Both the position numbers and the translations under genes were made by a program. 64,000 nucleotides of DNA, from assembly GCA_049515895.1 (NCBI GenBank), contig JBEKTQ010000001.1, forward strand, positions 64,001-128,000, in the 5' to 3' direction. The first letter of the stretch is position 1. Each line of letters starts with the position of its first letter. The notes under the pieces were generated by a model. That model saw only the letters and a list, made by a program, of their open reading frames with translations, did no database searches and was not told the origin of the DNA. The DNA is from Candidatus Bathyarchaeia archaeon. Its GTDB lineage: Archaea > Thermoproteota > Bathyarchaeia > Bathyarchaeales > Bathycorpusculaceae. Below, piece after piece: positions 19,132 to 30,185 of the stretch.

Positions 19132-19705
19132 TTTCCTTGCACCCTCTTTTTGGAAAGAAGTTTCTAAAACAGTCCCAATCAATCGAGACAGTTTGGAGAA
19201 ACATACTATATCCTGTAGCCCAGCAATATGCCAGAACATTGAAATTAAATTAGCAAAGGAACCCATGTAACTTATATAGGTTTAGTGATTCGAGAAAAAA
19301 GTTTCAGCCCACTTTTCACAGCAGCTTGCAAGGAAACCCCTTGAGTTTTCCATTGATTCAAAATATTTAGCCCAAGAGGGCAGGTTAGCTAATGTATTCC
19401 ATCTGCTTGTTTCGGGTTTCGATAGCATTAAGGGTCAAAGCTGCCTCAAATATGATTGAATCCACGTTATCGAAGGCTTGCTTAACTGCAATTTTAATCT
19501 GAGTCAAGGCTCCCGCCCCCACGCCAGCAAATCTGCGAATCAGAAACTCAAATAGAAACGTCGCTGGCTTTGGGACAGCATCAAGAAGACTCTCATAAGC
19601 GTTGATATTTCTTTGTGGGTTCCAAGCAGAAACAACAAATGCAGGTTTTTTGCGCAATCAGAAGGGCGGTCAAAGCAAATTAAGCTGATTTCCAGGATTC
19701 TTTTT

Positions 19706-20911
19706 TCAAATCGTGGCTCTGATGACACCTTCAAGCCTGTTCAATTCGTTTATCACATCTTGCCCGACTCTTTGATGCACAAGGTAAATTGCGATGGCGC
19801 AGCCTTCCCCGATCTGCCTGGATGGGTTCTCCCTAATGTTCACCCCATTGTCGGCAAGCACTTTATCGATCTTGGCAAACATGCCGGGCTTATCCACATG
19901 ATAAACGAACAGGGGATAGAATGGCCTTTCCTCTAACTCAATGCTTTCACCAACATTCACCGCGTTGGAAAAATCCCCATGCAACAAGTAATCAATGGTC
20001 ACCCTTGCCATTTCCATAGACGTTTTCATCTGAGCCTCCACAGTGGATGCTCCTAAATGAGGGGTAAAAACAATGTTGTCCAACCGACGCAGCGCGCTCT
20101 TAAACTTGGACTCCTCTTGGGAGGGTTCGTCCTCAAAAACATCCAGAGCTGCCCCAGCTATCCCTCCACTTTTCAGCGCCTTATACAGTGCCTTTGCATC
20201 GACGTTGCGTCCGCGGGCGGTGTTAATCAAATAGGCGGTGGGCTTCATTAGCCATAATTCTTTTTCGCCTATCACGTTTTCGTTTCCGTTCACGTGAATA
20301 CTCACGTAATCAGCCTGTGAAAGAACCTCTTCTTTTGACACAAGTTTTATTCTGGAACTGATCTTCACAATGGGATCATACCCTATCGTTTCCATGCTGA
20401 ACCCGACCGCAAGCTCGCTTAGTTTTTGCCCAATTCTACCACAACCGATAATACCTAACGTCTTGCCAGATAGCTCTGTGCCTTCAAAACACCTCTTTCT
20501 CCAAAACCCCCTCTTCAAAGAATAATGCCCTTGGGCCACTCTCCTTGAAACACTCATCATTAATGCAAGTGCCAATTCTGCCGTGGCGTTTGTGTTCCCA
20601 AACGGCGCAGACTTAACAATAATCCCGTTTTCAACCGCAGCTTTGATGTCAATGTTATCTATGCCGACTCCAGATCTGCCGATAACCTTCAAGTTGCCTC
20701 TGACTCCAGCCTCAATTATCTCTCTTGTAACAGCAGTAGCGCTCCGCACCACTAAAGCGTCAAATTCCCCTATCTGCTCAACAAGAGATTTTGGGTCACG
20801 TTTGCAATTGTCTGTTTCGATTCCTGCGTTTTTGAAGAGTTTTATTCCTTCTTCATCCATTCCGTCATTCAGCAGAACTTTCATCTTGGTCACCAAAGAT
20901 GTCTGTGACAT
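19706..20911 (-). CDS. serA: D-3-phosphoglycerate dehydrogenase with ACT domain
   Basis: GRSGVGIDNID, GIIGCGRIG, INTARG, ALDVFEDEP, TPHLGASTVEAQ, C-terminal HVDKPGM ACT. Confidence 0.88.
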   Translation of the reverse strand: MSQTSLVTKMKVLLNDGMDEEGIKLFKNAGIETDNCKRDPKSLVEQIGEFDALVVRSATAVTREIIEAGVRGNLKVIGRSGVGIDNIDIKAAVENGIIVKSAPFGNTNATAELALALMMSVSRRVAQGHYSLKRGFWRKRCFEGTELSGKTLGIIGCGRIGQKLSELAVGFSMETIGYDPIVKISSRIKLVSKEEVLSQADYVSIHVNGNENVIGEKELWLMKPTAYLINTARGRNVDAKALYKALKSGGIAGAALDVFEDEPSQEESKFKSALRRLDNIVFTPHLGASTVEAQMKTSMEMARVTIDYLLHGDFSNAVNVGESIELEERPFYPLFVYHVDKPGMFAKIDKVLADNGVNIRENPSRQIGEGCAIAIYLVHQRVGQDVINELNRLEGVIRATI

Positions 20912-21144
20912 AATTGCATCCTTAGAATTTTAGTTTTTGCTCCTCCGCCAACGGCTTAGTTCACGGGGCAGTAGCTGCAGAACTTCAAACAATTAAAGAA
21001 ATCGAGAGAGTGGCTTAATTCCTTTAAGTCGCAATTATTGCATTAAATTCGGCTTAAGTAAATACGGGAATGTTAGTCTCCCATAAATTGACAACCTTTA
21101 AATACACAAAAGAAAAACAAACCTTTCCAAAGGAGAAGGCATTT

Positions 21145-23082
21145 ATGGGGAAGTCCCTTACTAGAAAAATACTTGAAAAGCACCTTGCAGTGGGCGAATA
21201 TTCAGCAGGAAACGAGATAGGGATAAAAATTGATCAAACCCTAACTCAGGATGCCACTGGCACAATGGCGTACCTGCAGTTCGAAGCGATGGGCCTAAAA
21301 CAGGTGAAAACTGAGCTTTCAGTAAGCTACGTCGATCATAACACCATTCAAGTAGGTTTCGAGAACGCTGACGACCACAGGTACCTTCAGACTGTAGCGG
21401 CCAAATACGGCAGCGTTTACTCGAAGGCTGGAAACGGAATATGCCATCAAGTTCATCTGGAGCGGTTCGGCAAACCCGGGAAAACCCTTCTCGGTTCTGA
21501 CAGCCACACAACCACCGGCGGAGGCATCGGGATGATAGCGATTGGAGCTGGCGGATTAGACGTCGCTGTAGCAATGGGCGGAGGAGAATTCTATTTAACC
21601 TGCCCAAAGGTCTACAAGATAAACCTGAAAGGCAACCTCAAACCATGGGTCACTGCCAAAGACGTCGTCCTTAAGATGTTGGAAATATTCACGGTGAAAG
21701 GCAATGTCGGCCTCGTCATGGAATACGCTGGACCTGGTGTCAAGAACCTAACTGTGCCAGAGAGAGCTACAATCACGAACATGGGCGCGGAGATGGGAGT
21801 CACCACATCGATTTTTCCCTCGGATGAGGAAACAAGAAAGTTTCTCAAAGCCCAGGGCAGAGAAGCAGATTGGGTTGAACTAAAAGCTGATGAGGACGCG
21901 GAATATGACCGGATCATTGACCTCGACCTTGGCGAGTTGGAGCCTCTTGCGGCGGCACCACACAGCCCCGGAAATATAGTTCGCGTTAGCGACATGAAAG
22001 ATGTCAAAGTCGACCAAGTCATGCTTGGCTCATGCACGAACTCTTCCTACAAAGAAATAGCTACAGTCGCTAAGATTATGAAGGGCCGCAAGGTTCACCC
22101 AGATGTTTCCTTCGGGGTCGCGCCAGGTTCACGGCAGGTCCTGCAGATGGCGACAAGAGACGGCTATATCGGTGACCTGCTGGATTCCGGCGCCAGATTG
22201 CTTGAGGCAGCCTGCGGATTCTGCATTGGAAACAGCCAAAGCCCCCAAACAGGCGGCGTATCTCTTAGAACAAGCAACAGAAACTTTGAAGGCAGAAGTG
22301 GCACCGCCGACGCACAGGTCTACCTTGTAAGCCCCGAAGTTGCAGCCGTTGCAGCAATCACAGGGAACTTCACTGACCCAAGAAAGGCAGGCATCGAGTA
22401 TCCAAAAGTTAGAATGCCGACGAAATTTCTCGTTGACGATTCGATGTTTATCTTCCCCAAAGATGCTGATAGAAACGTAGAAATCGCCAGAGGACCAAAC
22501 ATTGGCGCGCCTCCAACTAACGACGAAATGCCCGAGCAAATAAAGGGTGTTGTCGGGATAAAGGTCGGGGACAAAATCACAACAGACCACATAATGCCCG
22601 CTGGAGCCAGACTCAAGTACAGATCCAACGTGCCTAAGTATTCAGAATATGTCTTCGAACCGATTGATCCGGCATTCCCGAAAAGGGCCATGGACGCCAA
22701 GAAGATGGGACTCCACACGGTCATAGTAGCGGGCGAATCGTACGGCCAAGGAAGCTCCAGAGAACACGCAGCGTTGTGCCCGATGTACCTTGGTGTCAAA
22801 GCAATCATAGCCAAATCCGTGGAGCGCATACACACCGCTAACCTTGTGAACTTCGGCATAATTTCGCTTTCTTTTAAGAACATGGCTGATTACGACAAGC
22901 TCAGTCAGGGCGACGAAATTGAAATTCCCGAAATCAAAACGAAGCTGCAAAACAACCAACCAGTCATTCTTGTAGATAAAACAAAAAAACTGGAAATCGA
23001 GCTTTCTTACAATCTTTCGCAGAGACAGAAGGAGATTCTTTTCGCTGGCGGCTTGCTCCCATACACAGTTAAACAAAATTGA
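21145..23082 (+). CDS. acn: Aconitate hydratase (single-chain, ~645 aa type)
   Basis: QDATGTMAYLQF, DHN, GICHQVHLE, GSDSHT, GSCTN, CGFCIG, TSNRNFEGR, TTDHI, YGQGSSREHAA; start at ATG 21145. Confidence 0.93.
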   Translation: MGKSLTRKILEKHLAVGEYSAGNEIGIKIDQTLTQDATGTMAYLQFEAMGLKQVKTELSVSYVDHNTIQVGFENADDHRYLQTVAAKYGSVYSKAGNGICHQVHLERFGKPGKTLLGSDSHTTTGGGIGMIAIGAGGLDVAVAMGGGEFYLTCPKVYKINLKGNLKPWVTAKDVVLKMLEIFTVKGNVGLVMEYAGPGVKNLTVPERATITNMGAEMGVTTSIFPSDEETRKFLKAQGREADWVELKADEDAEYDRIIDLDLGELEPLAAAPHSPGNIVRVSDMKDVKVDQVMLGSCTNSSYKEIATVAKIMKGRKVHPDVSFGVAPGSRQVLQMATRDGYIGDLLDSGARLLEAACGFCIGNSQSPQTGGVSLRTSNRNFEGRSGTADAQVYLVSPEVAAVAAITGNFTDPRKAGIEYPKVRMPTKFLVDDSMFIFPKDADRNVEIARGPNIGAPPTNDEMPEQIKGVVGIKVGDKITTDHIMPAGARLKYRSNVPKYSEYVFEPIDPAFPKRAMDAKKMGLHTVIVAGESYGQGSSREHAALCPMYLGVKAIIAKSVERIHTANLVNFGIISLSFKNMADYDKLSQGDEIEIPEIKTKLQNNQPVILVDKTKKLEIELSYNLSQRQKEILFAGGLLPYTVKQN

Positions 23083-23110
23083 AGGTGAGTAAGGAACGGA
23101 CAAAATAAGA

Positions 23111-24331
23111 GTGAAGACACCAATCGTCGAGATGAACGGGGACGAAATGACCCGGATAATGTGGCAAATGGTTAAGGAACAGCTTCTTCTGCCGTACTTA
23201 GATATGGACCTTGCATACTACGACCTGCAACTCCAAAAGCGGGACGAGACTGAAGACAAGATAACCGTTGAAGCTGCAGAAGCAATAAAGAAATACGGCG
23301 TCGGCGTCAAGTGTGCCACCATTACCCCGAACAAAGAACGCGTAAAAGAATATAATCTGAAGAAAGAATGGAGCAGCCCAAACGCCACAATCAGGGCCGC
23401 CCTAGATGGCACAGTGTTTCGGGCGCCAATCTTAGTCAACAACATTCCGCCAGCAGTCCGCTCATGGAAGAAACCTATTCACATCGGAAGACACGCCTAC
23501 GGTGACGTGTATAGAAACTGCGAGTTTCGGGTTCCAGAAGCCGGAAAAGCTGAACTGACATTTACAAACGTGGCGGGCAAGGAGCTGTTCCGCGGAACAA
23601 TCCAAGACTTCAAAGGTCCAGGCGTGATTCAAGGCATCCACAATACTGACAAGTCCATCGAGAGCTTCGCCAAGGCATGCTTTACCTATGCGTACGACCA
23701 GAAACTTCATTTGTGGTTTGGTGCTAAGGACACGATTTCCAAGACTTATGATGGGGAGTTCCGCAAGATATTCGAAAACGAGTACCAAAGCGGCTGGAAG
23801 AGCAAGTTCAAGGATGCGGGGCTACAGTACTTCTTCACGTTAATTGACGACGCGGTCGCTAGGATTATGAAGTCAGAGGGTGGGTTGCTCTGGGCTTGTA
23901 AGAACTATGACGGCGACGTCATGAGCGACATGTTAGGCTCAGCTTACGGCAGCCTGGCTATGATGACTTCAGTGCTCGTTAGCCCACAGGGATACTACGA
24001 GTTTGAAGCATCCCACGGAACCGTTCAGAAACACTATTACAAACACCTCAAAGGCGAAAAAACATCAAGCAATTCGATGGCACTAATCTTCGCTTGGAGC
24101 GGGTGCCTAAGAAAACGAGGCGAACTGGATAAGACGCCGGAAGTTATTGAATTCGCAGAGAAGCTTGAGAAAGCGGCTTTGCAGACGGTTGAAAGCGGCG
24201 TCTTAACTGGAGATTTGATGCAGGTCGTCATACCCGACCCAAAGAATCGTCAGGTTTACACAGAGGAGTTTATTGCTGAGGTTGCAAAAAGATTAAAGAC
24301 GCTTATTGAGGGAAAAGTGAATGGCTCATAA
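23111..24331 (+). CDS. icd: NADP-dependent isocitrate dehydrogenase (type II, eukaryote/Thermotoga-like)
   Basis: [50 protein letters not shown]. Confidence 0.96.
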   Translation: MKTPIVEMNGDEMTRIMWQMVKEQLLLPYLDMDLAYYDLQLQKRDETEDKITVEAAEAIKKYGVGVKCATITPNKERVKEYNLKKEWSSPNATIRAALDGTVFRAPILVNNIPPAVRSWKKPIHIGRHAYGDVYRNCEFRVPEAGKAELTFTNVAGKELFRGTIQDFKGPGVIQGIHNTDKSIESFAKACFTYAYDQKLHLWFGAKDTISKTYDGEFRKIFENEYQSGWKSKFKDAGLQYFFTLIDDAVARIMKSEGGLLWACKNYDGDVMSDMLGSAYGSLAMMTSVLVSPQGYYEFEASHGTVQKHYYKHLKGEKTSSNSMALIFAWSGCLRKRGELDKTPEVIEFAEKLEKAALQTVESGVLTGDLMQVVIPDPKNRQVYTEEFIAEVAKRLKTLIEGKVNGS

Positions 24332-25634
24332 AGCAATCAGAGAGGCTGACGGCAAATGCATGCTTGCGCGTCTGTTTAAAGACTACTCTGAAGGTAAATA
24401 CCCGATTTCAGACAAAATTGTCAGCGTTGGACCTGATACGGATTTGGCTAAGCTGCCGAGGCAATATGATTGGCTGAACACTGAAAAGTTGGTTGTCAAA
24501 CCCGACCAGCTGATAAAACGTCGAGGAAAAAATAAGCTTATCCTTGTCGATGCAGATTACGGGCAAGTCAAAGCATGGATAGAAGAGAAATCTAATAGGC
24601 CGATAACTGTTCACGGTAGTTTTGACTCGGAAGGCAAACCCGTGGGCAAAGGAACAGTTGGTCAACTGACGCACTTCATAATCGAGCCGATGACGCCTCA
24701 TAAGGATTCGGAGGAATGCTACTTAGCCATTACATCCAACAAAAACGGCGACACCATCCTTTTCTACCATGAAGGTGGCGTGAACGTTGGGGATGTGGAC
24801 AAGAAGGCAGCGCGCCTTGAGGTACCCATTGGCACATACCCCACTTCAGGGGAAATCCAGAAGAAGCTTTTAGAAAAAGTTCCCGCTAACTGCAAAAGCC
24901 GCCTTGCCGGTTTCATCGAAGCTCTCTTCAAATTCTACGCAGACCTAAACTTCACCTATTTGGAGATAAATCCTCTTTTAGTTACAAAGGATTCGATTGT
25001 CCCCTTAGACCTCGCAGCCAAGTTGGACAGCACTGCCGAATTTGAAAGCGGCTCCAAATGGGGCAACATCGAGTATCCAGCGCCTTTCGGTAGGATTTCG
25101 AGCAAGGAAGAAGTTTTCATCGAGGACTTAGACTCAAAAACAGGAGCTTCCCTCAAATTGACGGTTCTCAATTCGGAAGGAAGAGTCTGGACAATGGTTG
25201 CAGGAGGCGGTGCCTCAGTCATTTATGCCGACACCATTACGGACCTTGGCTTCATGAACGAATTAGCTAATTACGGAGAATATTCAGGGGATCCAAGCGA
25301 GGAATTCACGTATCTGTACGCTAAAACAATCCTTGACCTTATGACTAGAAAGGCACACCCGAAAGGCAAATTCCTGCTTATAGGCGGAGGAATAGCGAAT
25401 TTCACAGACGTTGCGGCAACATTCAAGGGCATAATCAAAGCCCTCAAGGAATATCAGAAGAATCTGCAAGAGAACAAGGTTAAGATATACGTGCGCAGAG
25501 GAGGACCCAACTATCAAGAGGGCTTATGCCAGATGAGGGAACTTGGGGAAAAGCTAGGGGTGCCCATTGAAGTGTATGGACCAGAAACCCACATGACCAA
25601 GATTGTTTCGATGGCTCTAAAAGGAGCGAATTGA
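24321..25634 (+). CDS. aclB: ATP citrate lyase beta subunit (ATP-grasp plus citrate-binding domain)
   Basis: [77 protein letters not shown]. Confidence 0.95.
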   Translation: MAHKAIREADGKCMLARLFKDYSEGKYPISDKIVSVGPDTDLAKLPRQYDWLNTEKLVVKPDQLIKRRGKNKLILVDADYGQVKAWIEEKSNRPITVHGSFDSEGKPVGKGTVGQLTHFIIEPMTPHKDSEECYLAITSNKNGDTILFYHEGGVNVGDVDKKAARLEVPIGTYPTSGEIQKKLLEKVPANCKSRLAGFIEALFKFYADLNFTYLEINPLLVTKDSIVPLDLAAKLDSTAEFESGSKWGNIEYPAPFGRISSKEEVFIEDLDSKTGASLKLTVLNSEGRVWTMVAGGGASVIYADTITDLGFMNELANYGEYSGDPSEEFTYLYAKTILDLMTRKAHPKGKFLLIGGGIANFTDVAATFKGIIKALKEYQKNLQENKVKIYVRRGGPNYQEGLCQMRELGEKLGVPIEVYGPETHMTKIVSMALKGAN

Positions 25635-25635
25635 A

Positions 25636-27489
25636 ATGGCAAACCCGTGCCCAGCCGAGAAAACCAACCCTAACGAACTATTCGACAAGAATACCCAGTC
25701 ATTCATCTATAACAACCAAGCAGCTGCAACACAAAGGATGTTGGACTTTGACTACGCATCAGGACGCACCACGCCGTCAGTCGCGGCAATTATCAACCCC
25801 ACCGGCTCAGACAGCTACTCAAAGTTCTTTTTCGGCAAACGCGAAATCCTAATTCCCATGTACAAAACCATCGAGAAAGCAGCCCAGATGCACCCCAAAG
25901 TCGACGTGATGATAAACTTTGCCTCCTTCAGGTCAGCCGCGCCCTCAACTGAGGAAGCCCTAGCCATACCGCAGATCCGAACCATCGTCATAATCGCCGA
26001 GGGAGTGCCAGAACGGCGGATGAAACTGCTTACCGCTAAGGCTAAAGCCCTTGGAAAAGTCATAATTGGCCCCGCGACAGTTGGCGGAATAAAAGCCGGT
26101 TGCTTCAAAATCGGGAACGCCGGCGGCACAATAGAAAACATCGTCGAATCGAAACTTCACAGGCCAGGCTCCGTGGGATTTGTATCTAAATCAGGCGGCC
26201 TGAGCAACGAGGCGTACAACATCATTGCCAGAAACACGGATGGTCTGTATGAAGGCATAGCTATCGGTGGGGACACTTACCCAGGCTCTACGCTGCTGGA
26301 TCACCTGCTGAGGTTCGAGAGCATTCCTGAAGTCAAGATGCTTGTGGCTCTAGGTGAAGTAGGCGGCATCGGCGAATACGAGATTGCCGAAGCTCTCAAA
26401 ACCAAGAGGATAACAAAGCCGCTTGTGATTTGGGTTACCGGAACATGCTCCAAAGCATTCAAAACCGAGGTCCAATTCGGTCATGCAGGCGCCAAAGCTG
26501 GGTGTGAATCAGAAACTGCTGACGCAAAGAATGCGGCTCTCATGAAGGCGGGAGCAATTGTTCCCACCTCATACGACGACTACGACCAGAAGATAAGAGA
26601 AACATATGAGAACCTTGTTCGACAAGGCGTTATAACTCCAAAGTCTGAACAACCTGCTCCAAAGATCCCCATGGACTATGCCAAGGCTCTGAAGGAAGGA
26701 GTGATCAGGAAGCCTTCTAATTTTATCTGCACCATATCCGACGACCGAGGCGAGGAACTTCTTTACGGCAAGATGCCCATATCCGACGTCTTCAAAAAAG
26801 ACATAGGAATCGGCGGCGTCTTAAGCATCCTGTGGTTCAAGCGTCAGCTTCCCGCATACGCGACCAAGTTCATTGAGATGGCAATCATGGTTACGGCCGA
26901 CCATGGACCCGCGGTTTCAGGTGCCCATAACACTATCGTTGCGGCGAGGGCAGGCAAGGACCTAGTTTCTTCAGTTGCAAGCGGCCTCTTGACTATAGGC
27001 CCAAGGTTCGGAGGAGCCATCGACGGAGCAGCCCAAAGCTTCTCTGACGCGTACGACAGGGGATTAAGTCCCGCCGAGTTCGTTGAGGAGATGAAGAAGA
27101 AGGGCGAAAACATCCAAGGCATCGGCCACCTCATCAAGAGTAAAAACAATCCTGACATGCGCGTGACCATAATGAAAGAGTACGCCAAGAAAAATTTCAA
27201 GGCTACACCTCTTCTTGACTACGCGCTCGAAGTGGAGAAGATCACAACCAGCAAGAAAGACAACCTCATCCTAAATGTTGACGGATGCATCGGAATTTGC
27301 TTTGTCGACATGCTAAGAAACGAGATGCCTAAGCAGGAAGCCGACGAATACATAAAGATGGGCGCCCTCAACGGCTTGTTCGTGGTAGGCAGAACCATCG
27401 GCATGACAGCGCACTTTCTAGACCAGAAGCGATTAAGGCAAGGGCTCTACAGACACCCATGGGACGACATCGCTTACATGACAGAATAG
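25636..27489 (+). CDS. aclA: ATP citrate lyase alpha subunit (CoA-binding, phospho-His and citryl-CoA lyase domains)
   Basis: [68 protein letters not shown]. Confidence 0.96.
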   Translation: MANPCPAEKTNPNELFDKNTQSFIYNNQAAATQRMLDFDYASGRTTPSVAAIINPTGSDSYSKFFFGKREILIPMYKTIEKAAQMHPKVDVMINFASFRSAAPSTEEALAIPQIRTIVIIAEGVPERRMKLLTAKAKALGKVIIGPATVGGIKAGCFKIGNAGGTIENIVESKLHRPGSVGFVSKSGGLSNEAYNIIARNTDGLYEGIAIGGDTYPGSTLLDHLLRFESIPEVKMLVALGEVGGIGEYEIAEALKTKRITKPLVIWVTGTCSKAFKTEVQFGHAGAKAGCESETADAKNAALMKAGAIVPTSYDDYDQKIRETYENLVRQGVITPKSEQPAPKIPMDYAKALKEGVIRKPSNFICTISDDRGEELLYGKMPISDVFKKDIGIGGVLSILWFKRQLPAYATKFIEMAIMVTADHGPAVSGAHNTIVAARAGKDLVSSVASGLLTIGPRFGGAIDGAAQSFSDAYDRGLSPAEFVEEMKKKGENIQGIGHLIKSKNNPDMRVTIMKEYAKKNFKATPLLDYALEVEKITTSKKDNLILNVDGCIGICFVDMLRNEMPKQEADEYIKMGALNGLFVVGRTIGMTAHFLDQKRLRQGLYRHPWDDIAYMTE

Positions 27490-27561
27490 CATCCACAAGC
27501 CGGACCAGGCTTCTTCCATCGCTCGGCTTCTTTCCGAGCTAATCTTTAATCTTTCACTTTT

Positions 27562-27774
27562 TCATGTTGCGGCGCATTTGCCCCAGCATCTGAGGCACTC
27601 CAAATATTCGTCGCCGGGCAGCCATTCAACATGTCCTTTTTCCGAGCTGTCCAAAGGCTCAAAACGTATAAAATGGCGGCCGTCGGACGTCTCGTACAGG
27701 ACGGCTTTAAAATCACCAAAATCACTGTCGCCCTCAGCAATCTTTTCCATTCTGTTAAGCGCGCTCAAGAGCAA
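27562..27774 (-). CDS. Small hypothetical protein
   Basis: Protein-like composition with a C-terminal CLRC; fills the intergenic gap. Confidence 0.35.
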   Translation of the reverse strand: MLLSALNRMEKIAEGDSDFGDFKAVLYETSDGRHFIRFEPLDSSEKGHVEWLPGDEYLECLRCWGKCAAT

Positions 27775-27881
27775 TATAACGAATTGTTCAGATATAAAAC
27801 TAACTTAAGTTCACGTTTCAACATTGATGGGATAAGGGTTTCAAGAAAAAAGGTTAAAATGGCAGTTTTTCTGCCAAGCAC

Positions 27882-29042
27882 TTACAGCACTTTATCTGCT
27901 TTAGGGACTTTTCTAACGAGATAGGCGAACAGGAAGCATAGCGAGACGCCGATTGGGCTGGCAATCGCGAACTTTAGTAGAAGCGGCAGCTGCACGTTTT
28001 GGAGGCTTAAGGCTAAGAGCACGAGTACCGGCACTTGAATGATGTAGGCGGTGAATGAACTGTCGGAGAAAGCTTTCATTACTCGGGTTTGGAAGTTTAA
28101 GTGCTCCCTGAACCAGACCGTTACGCTGATCATGACAGCGATGCCGAAGAGTTGCTCCCAAAACGCATACGCAACAGCTTGCCACCGAAGCCCACCGAAA
28201 ATTGTCGCTAATCCGCCACTCAGCATGGTTGGGACAAAAATTGCCATATAAGCAGCTCCTAGTGCTAAGGCTATTTTTGACCAGAGTTTACCTGTTTCCT
28301 TCGGTATAGTCATTAGCCAGTTGCTCCGGAAGGCAATCAACCCTACAATGAATAGAGCGATGTACTGGGCGAAGAAGCAGTACTGAAAGCTGAACATGAG
28401 ACTGTAGTAGCCTATGGGGAAGACAAGTCTGACTGCGAAGCTTGCGGCGCCCAAAAGCAAAGCGAATGCAAGTATTACCGCGTTCTTTGGAAAAGGGCGG
28501 GCCGCGGTGGGCTTTGGCTGAAAGTGTCGCCAACCACTGTATGCAAAGGCAAAGAGTAGCAATGCCAGAATAAACCACAGTATTCCATAGCCGAAGAATA
28601 TGTACTTTCCATAGTAACTTAGGAAAGAGCCGTGGAAAGAGCCATTCGTCAAAGCGACGACATAGTCGACAGCGGGTTCTATTAGGCCGACGAAGACTAG
28701 AATAGGTATGCCCAACCGGGTTAGCCTATCTTTCAAGAATTTCTTTGACCCTTTGCGGTCGTAAGCAGGCGGCGTGAAGTATCCTGCCAGCAGAAAGAGC
28801 AATCCCATAAAGAACGCTTGCACAAGTCCCAAGAATACAACATATACGGCGGCGTTCGGCATGCTTAGCACTCCTTCCTGATAATACCATAAGCCAACCG
28901 GTGAACCGTAAGTTATGGCCAAATGGACAAGAAACACTAATGCTATGAGCAAAACTCTCAGGTTGTCGACGAAAAAAAGGCGAGGGGCAGAGACTTTTAT
29001 GGATGAGATTTTGGAGCGAACCCCCAATGATGATTCACTCAT
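27882..29042 (-). CDS. Acyltransferase-3 family membrane protein (OpgC-like)
   Basis: RLFFVDNLR..LVHLAITYG, FFMGLLFLLAGYF, DRLTRLGIP, LWFILAL; ~10 TM. Confidence 0.88.
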   Translation of the reverse strand: MSESSLGVRSKISSIKVSAPRLFFVDNLRVLLIALVFLVHLAITYGSPVGLWYYQEGVLSMPNAAVYVVFLGLVQAFFMGLLFLLAGYFTPPAYDRKGSKKFLKDRLTRLGIPILVFVGLIEPAVDYVVALTNGSFHGSFLSYYGKYIFFGYGILWFILALLLFAFAYSGWRHFQPKPTAARPFPKNAVILAFALLLGAASFAVRLVFPIGYYSLMFSFQYCFFAQYIALFIVGLIAFRSNWLMTIPKETGKLWSKIALALGAAYMAIFVPTMLSGGLATIFGGLRWQAVAYAFWEQLFGIAVMISVTVWFREHLNFQTRVMKAFSDSSFTAYIIQVPVLVLLALSLQNVQLPLLLKFAIASPIGVSLCFLFAYLVRKVPKADKVL

Positions 29043-29293
29043 TCTATTGCACCTCCTCTTTCCCGTTTTTCTTTCGTTTTGATTTCGCTTTGGGTTAGGT
29101 TAATCCTGAGAACGCCCTTGTCGCCGACCACTTCCAAGATTACGTCCTCTGCAAACTCCGCTCGTTGCAACTGTCCGATGGTGCCTTCAACGAGTACGTT
29201 TTCGTGGTTGCCATTGCTTAAGGTGACGTTCTTGAGGTTAACCTTAGATTTCAGTTCCACCGAAAAGAACCGTTCTTTCATTTTTTCTTCCAT
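29039..29293 (-). CDS. Small hypothetical protein
   Basis: Beta-rich 84 aa ORF whose stop overlaps the acyltransferase start; GGAGG RBS. Confidence 0.7.
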   Translation of the reverse strand: MEEKMKERFFSVELKSKVNLKNVTLSNGNHENVLVEGTIGQLQRAEFAEDVILEVVGDKGVLRINLTQSEIKTKEKRERGGAIE

Positions 29294-29361
29294 ATTTCTT
29301 TTCCTCCGGTGAATGAGAGACGCTGACAGAACCCATTAGTTTTATTTGACAAGCTTGTGTA

Positions 29362-29385
29362 GTACTTTACAACGTTGTAAAGTAC
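29362..29385. promoter_or_regulatory. Perfect 24-bp palindrome, putative operator
   Basis: GTACTTTACAAC/GTTGTAAAGTAC between divergent genes, ~22 bp upstream of the regulator start. Confidence 0.7.
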
Positions 29386-29407
29386 AGCAAGTCGGGGTGG
29401 CTCTGAG

Positions 29408-30160
29408 TTGGAAAATTCAGAAGGAATAGACCGGGTGTTCTATGAGCTCGCAAGCGAAAGCAGGCTCAGCATACTACGAGAGTTGCAGGCGAAAAACTAC
29501 AAGATGCAGGAACTCGCCCGCAAGCTTGATTTAACCGACACCGAAGCCTTCAGGCAACTTCAACGTTTAAGCGAAGCCCTACTCATTCAGAAGCAGCCCG
29601 ACGGCACCTACTCGACTACGCAGTACGGCAAATTGCTGATGCAGTTTTCGCACTCTTTCGAATTCGCTTTCAAGTTCCGCCAGTGTCTGCTGACCCGCGA
29701 CGTTTGGCGCTTACCCATCCAATTCGTAAACCGCTTAGGAGAACTTTCCAAGGTAGCTTTGAACACAGACTCGCTTGAAATGGTCAACAACGTTGAACAG
29801 TTAATTTCAAATTCTGAGAAATATCTTTGGATCATCGGAGAAAGGCCTCTCGGTTTTTTGGGCGCAAAGATAAGTAGTCAGGTCCAAAAAGGGCTCACCA
29901 TACGTTTGATGTTTGAGGAAGACAGCCGCAAGCTCTTTGAAAACACTCCTGACGTAAAAGGCATCTTTGAAAAAAGAGTAATCCCAACGATTCCGGCAAC
30001 TTTGGTTCTCAATGAGAAATTTGCGGGAGTAAACCTGCTGGCTGTCGACGGCAGAGCCGACAATGCCGTGTTCTATGGAAGCGACTCTGCCTTTATGAAG
30101 TGGGCAACCGACTTGTTCCTCTTTTACTGGGAACAGGGAAAACGTTGCTACCCAACCTAA
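29408..30160 (+). CDS. ArsR-like HTH transcriptional regulator with DUF1724-type C-terminal domain
   Basis: ELASESRLSILREL..QELARKLDLTDTEAFRQLQRL..YSTTQYG; C-terminal WATDLFLFYWE. Confidence 0.8.
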   Translation: MENSEGIDRVFYELASESRLSILRELQAKNYKMQELARKLDLTDTEAFRQLQRLSEALLIQKQPDGTYSTTQYGKLLMQFSHSFEFAFKFRQCLLTRDVWRLPIQFVNRLGELSKVALNTDSLEMVNNVEQLISNSEKYLWIIGERPLGFLGAKISSQVQKGLTIRLMFEEDSRKLFENTPDVKGIFEKRVIPTIPATLVLNEKFAGVNLLAVDGRADNAVFYGSDSAFMKWATDLFLFYWEQGKRCYPT

Positions 30161-30185
30161 CTCGAGCGTCCTTCGCTGTTCTGTT

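Noticed and set aside
19385-19657. 90 aa ORF downstream of serA
   Set aside because: No recognisable motif or clear RBS; cannot be distinguished from a chance ORF or decayed gene.
21161-23103. Several 140-190 aa minus-strand ORFs
   Set aside because: Antisense shadows of the aconitase gene.
24321-27489. Succinyl-CoA synthetase (sucCD) assignment
   Set aside because: ACL-specific citrate-binding motif and a fused citryl-CoA lyase domain are present; the alpha subunit is 617 aa.
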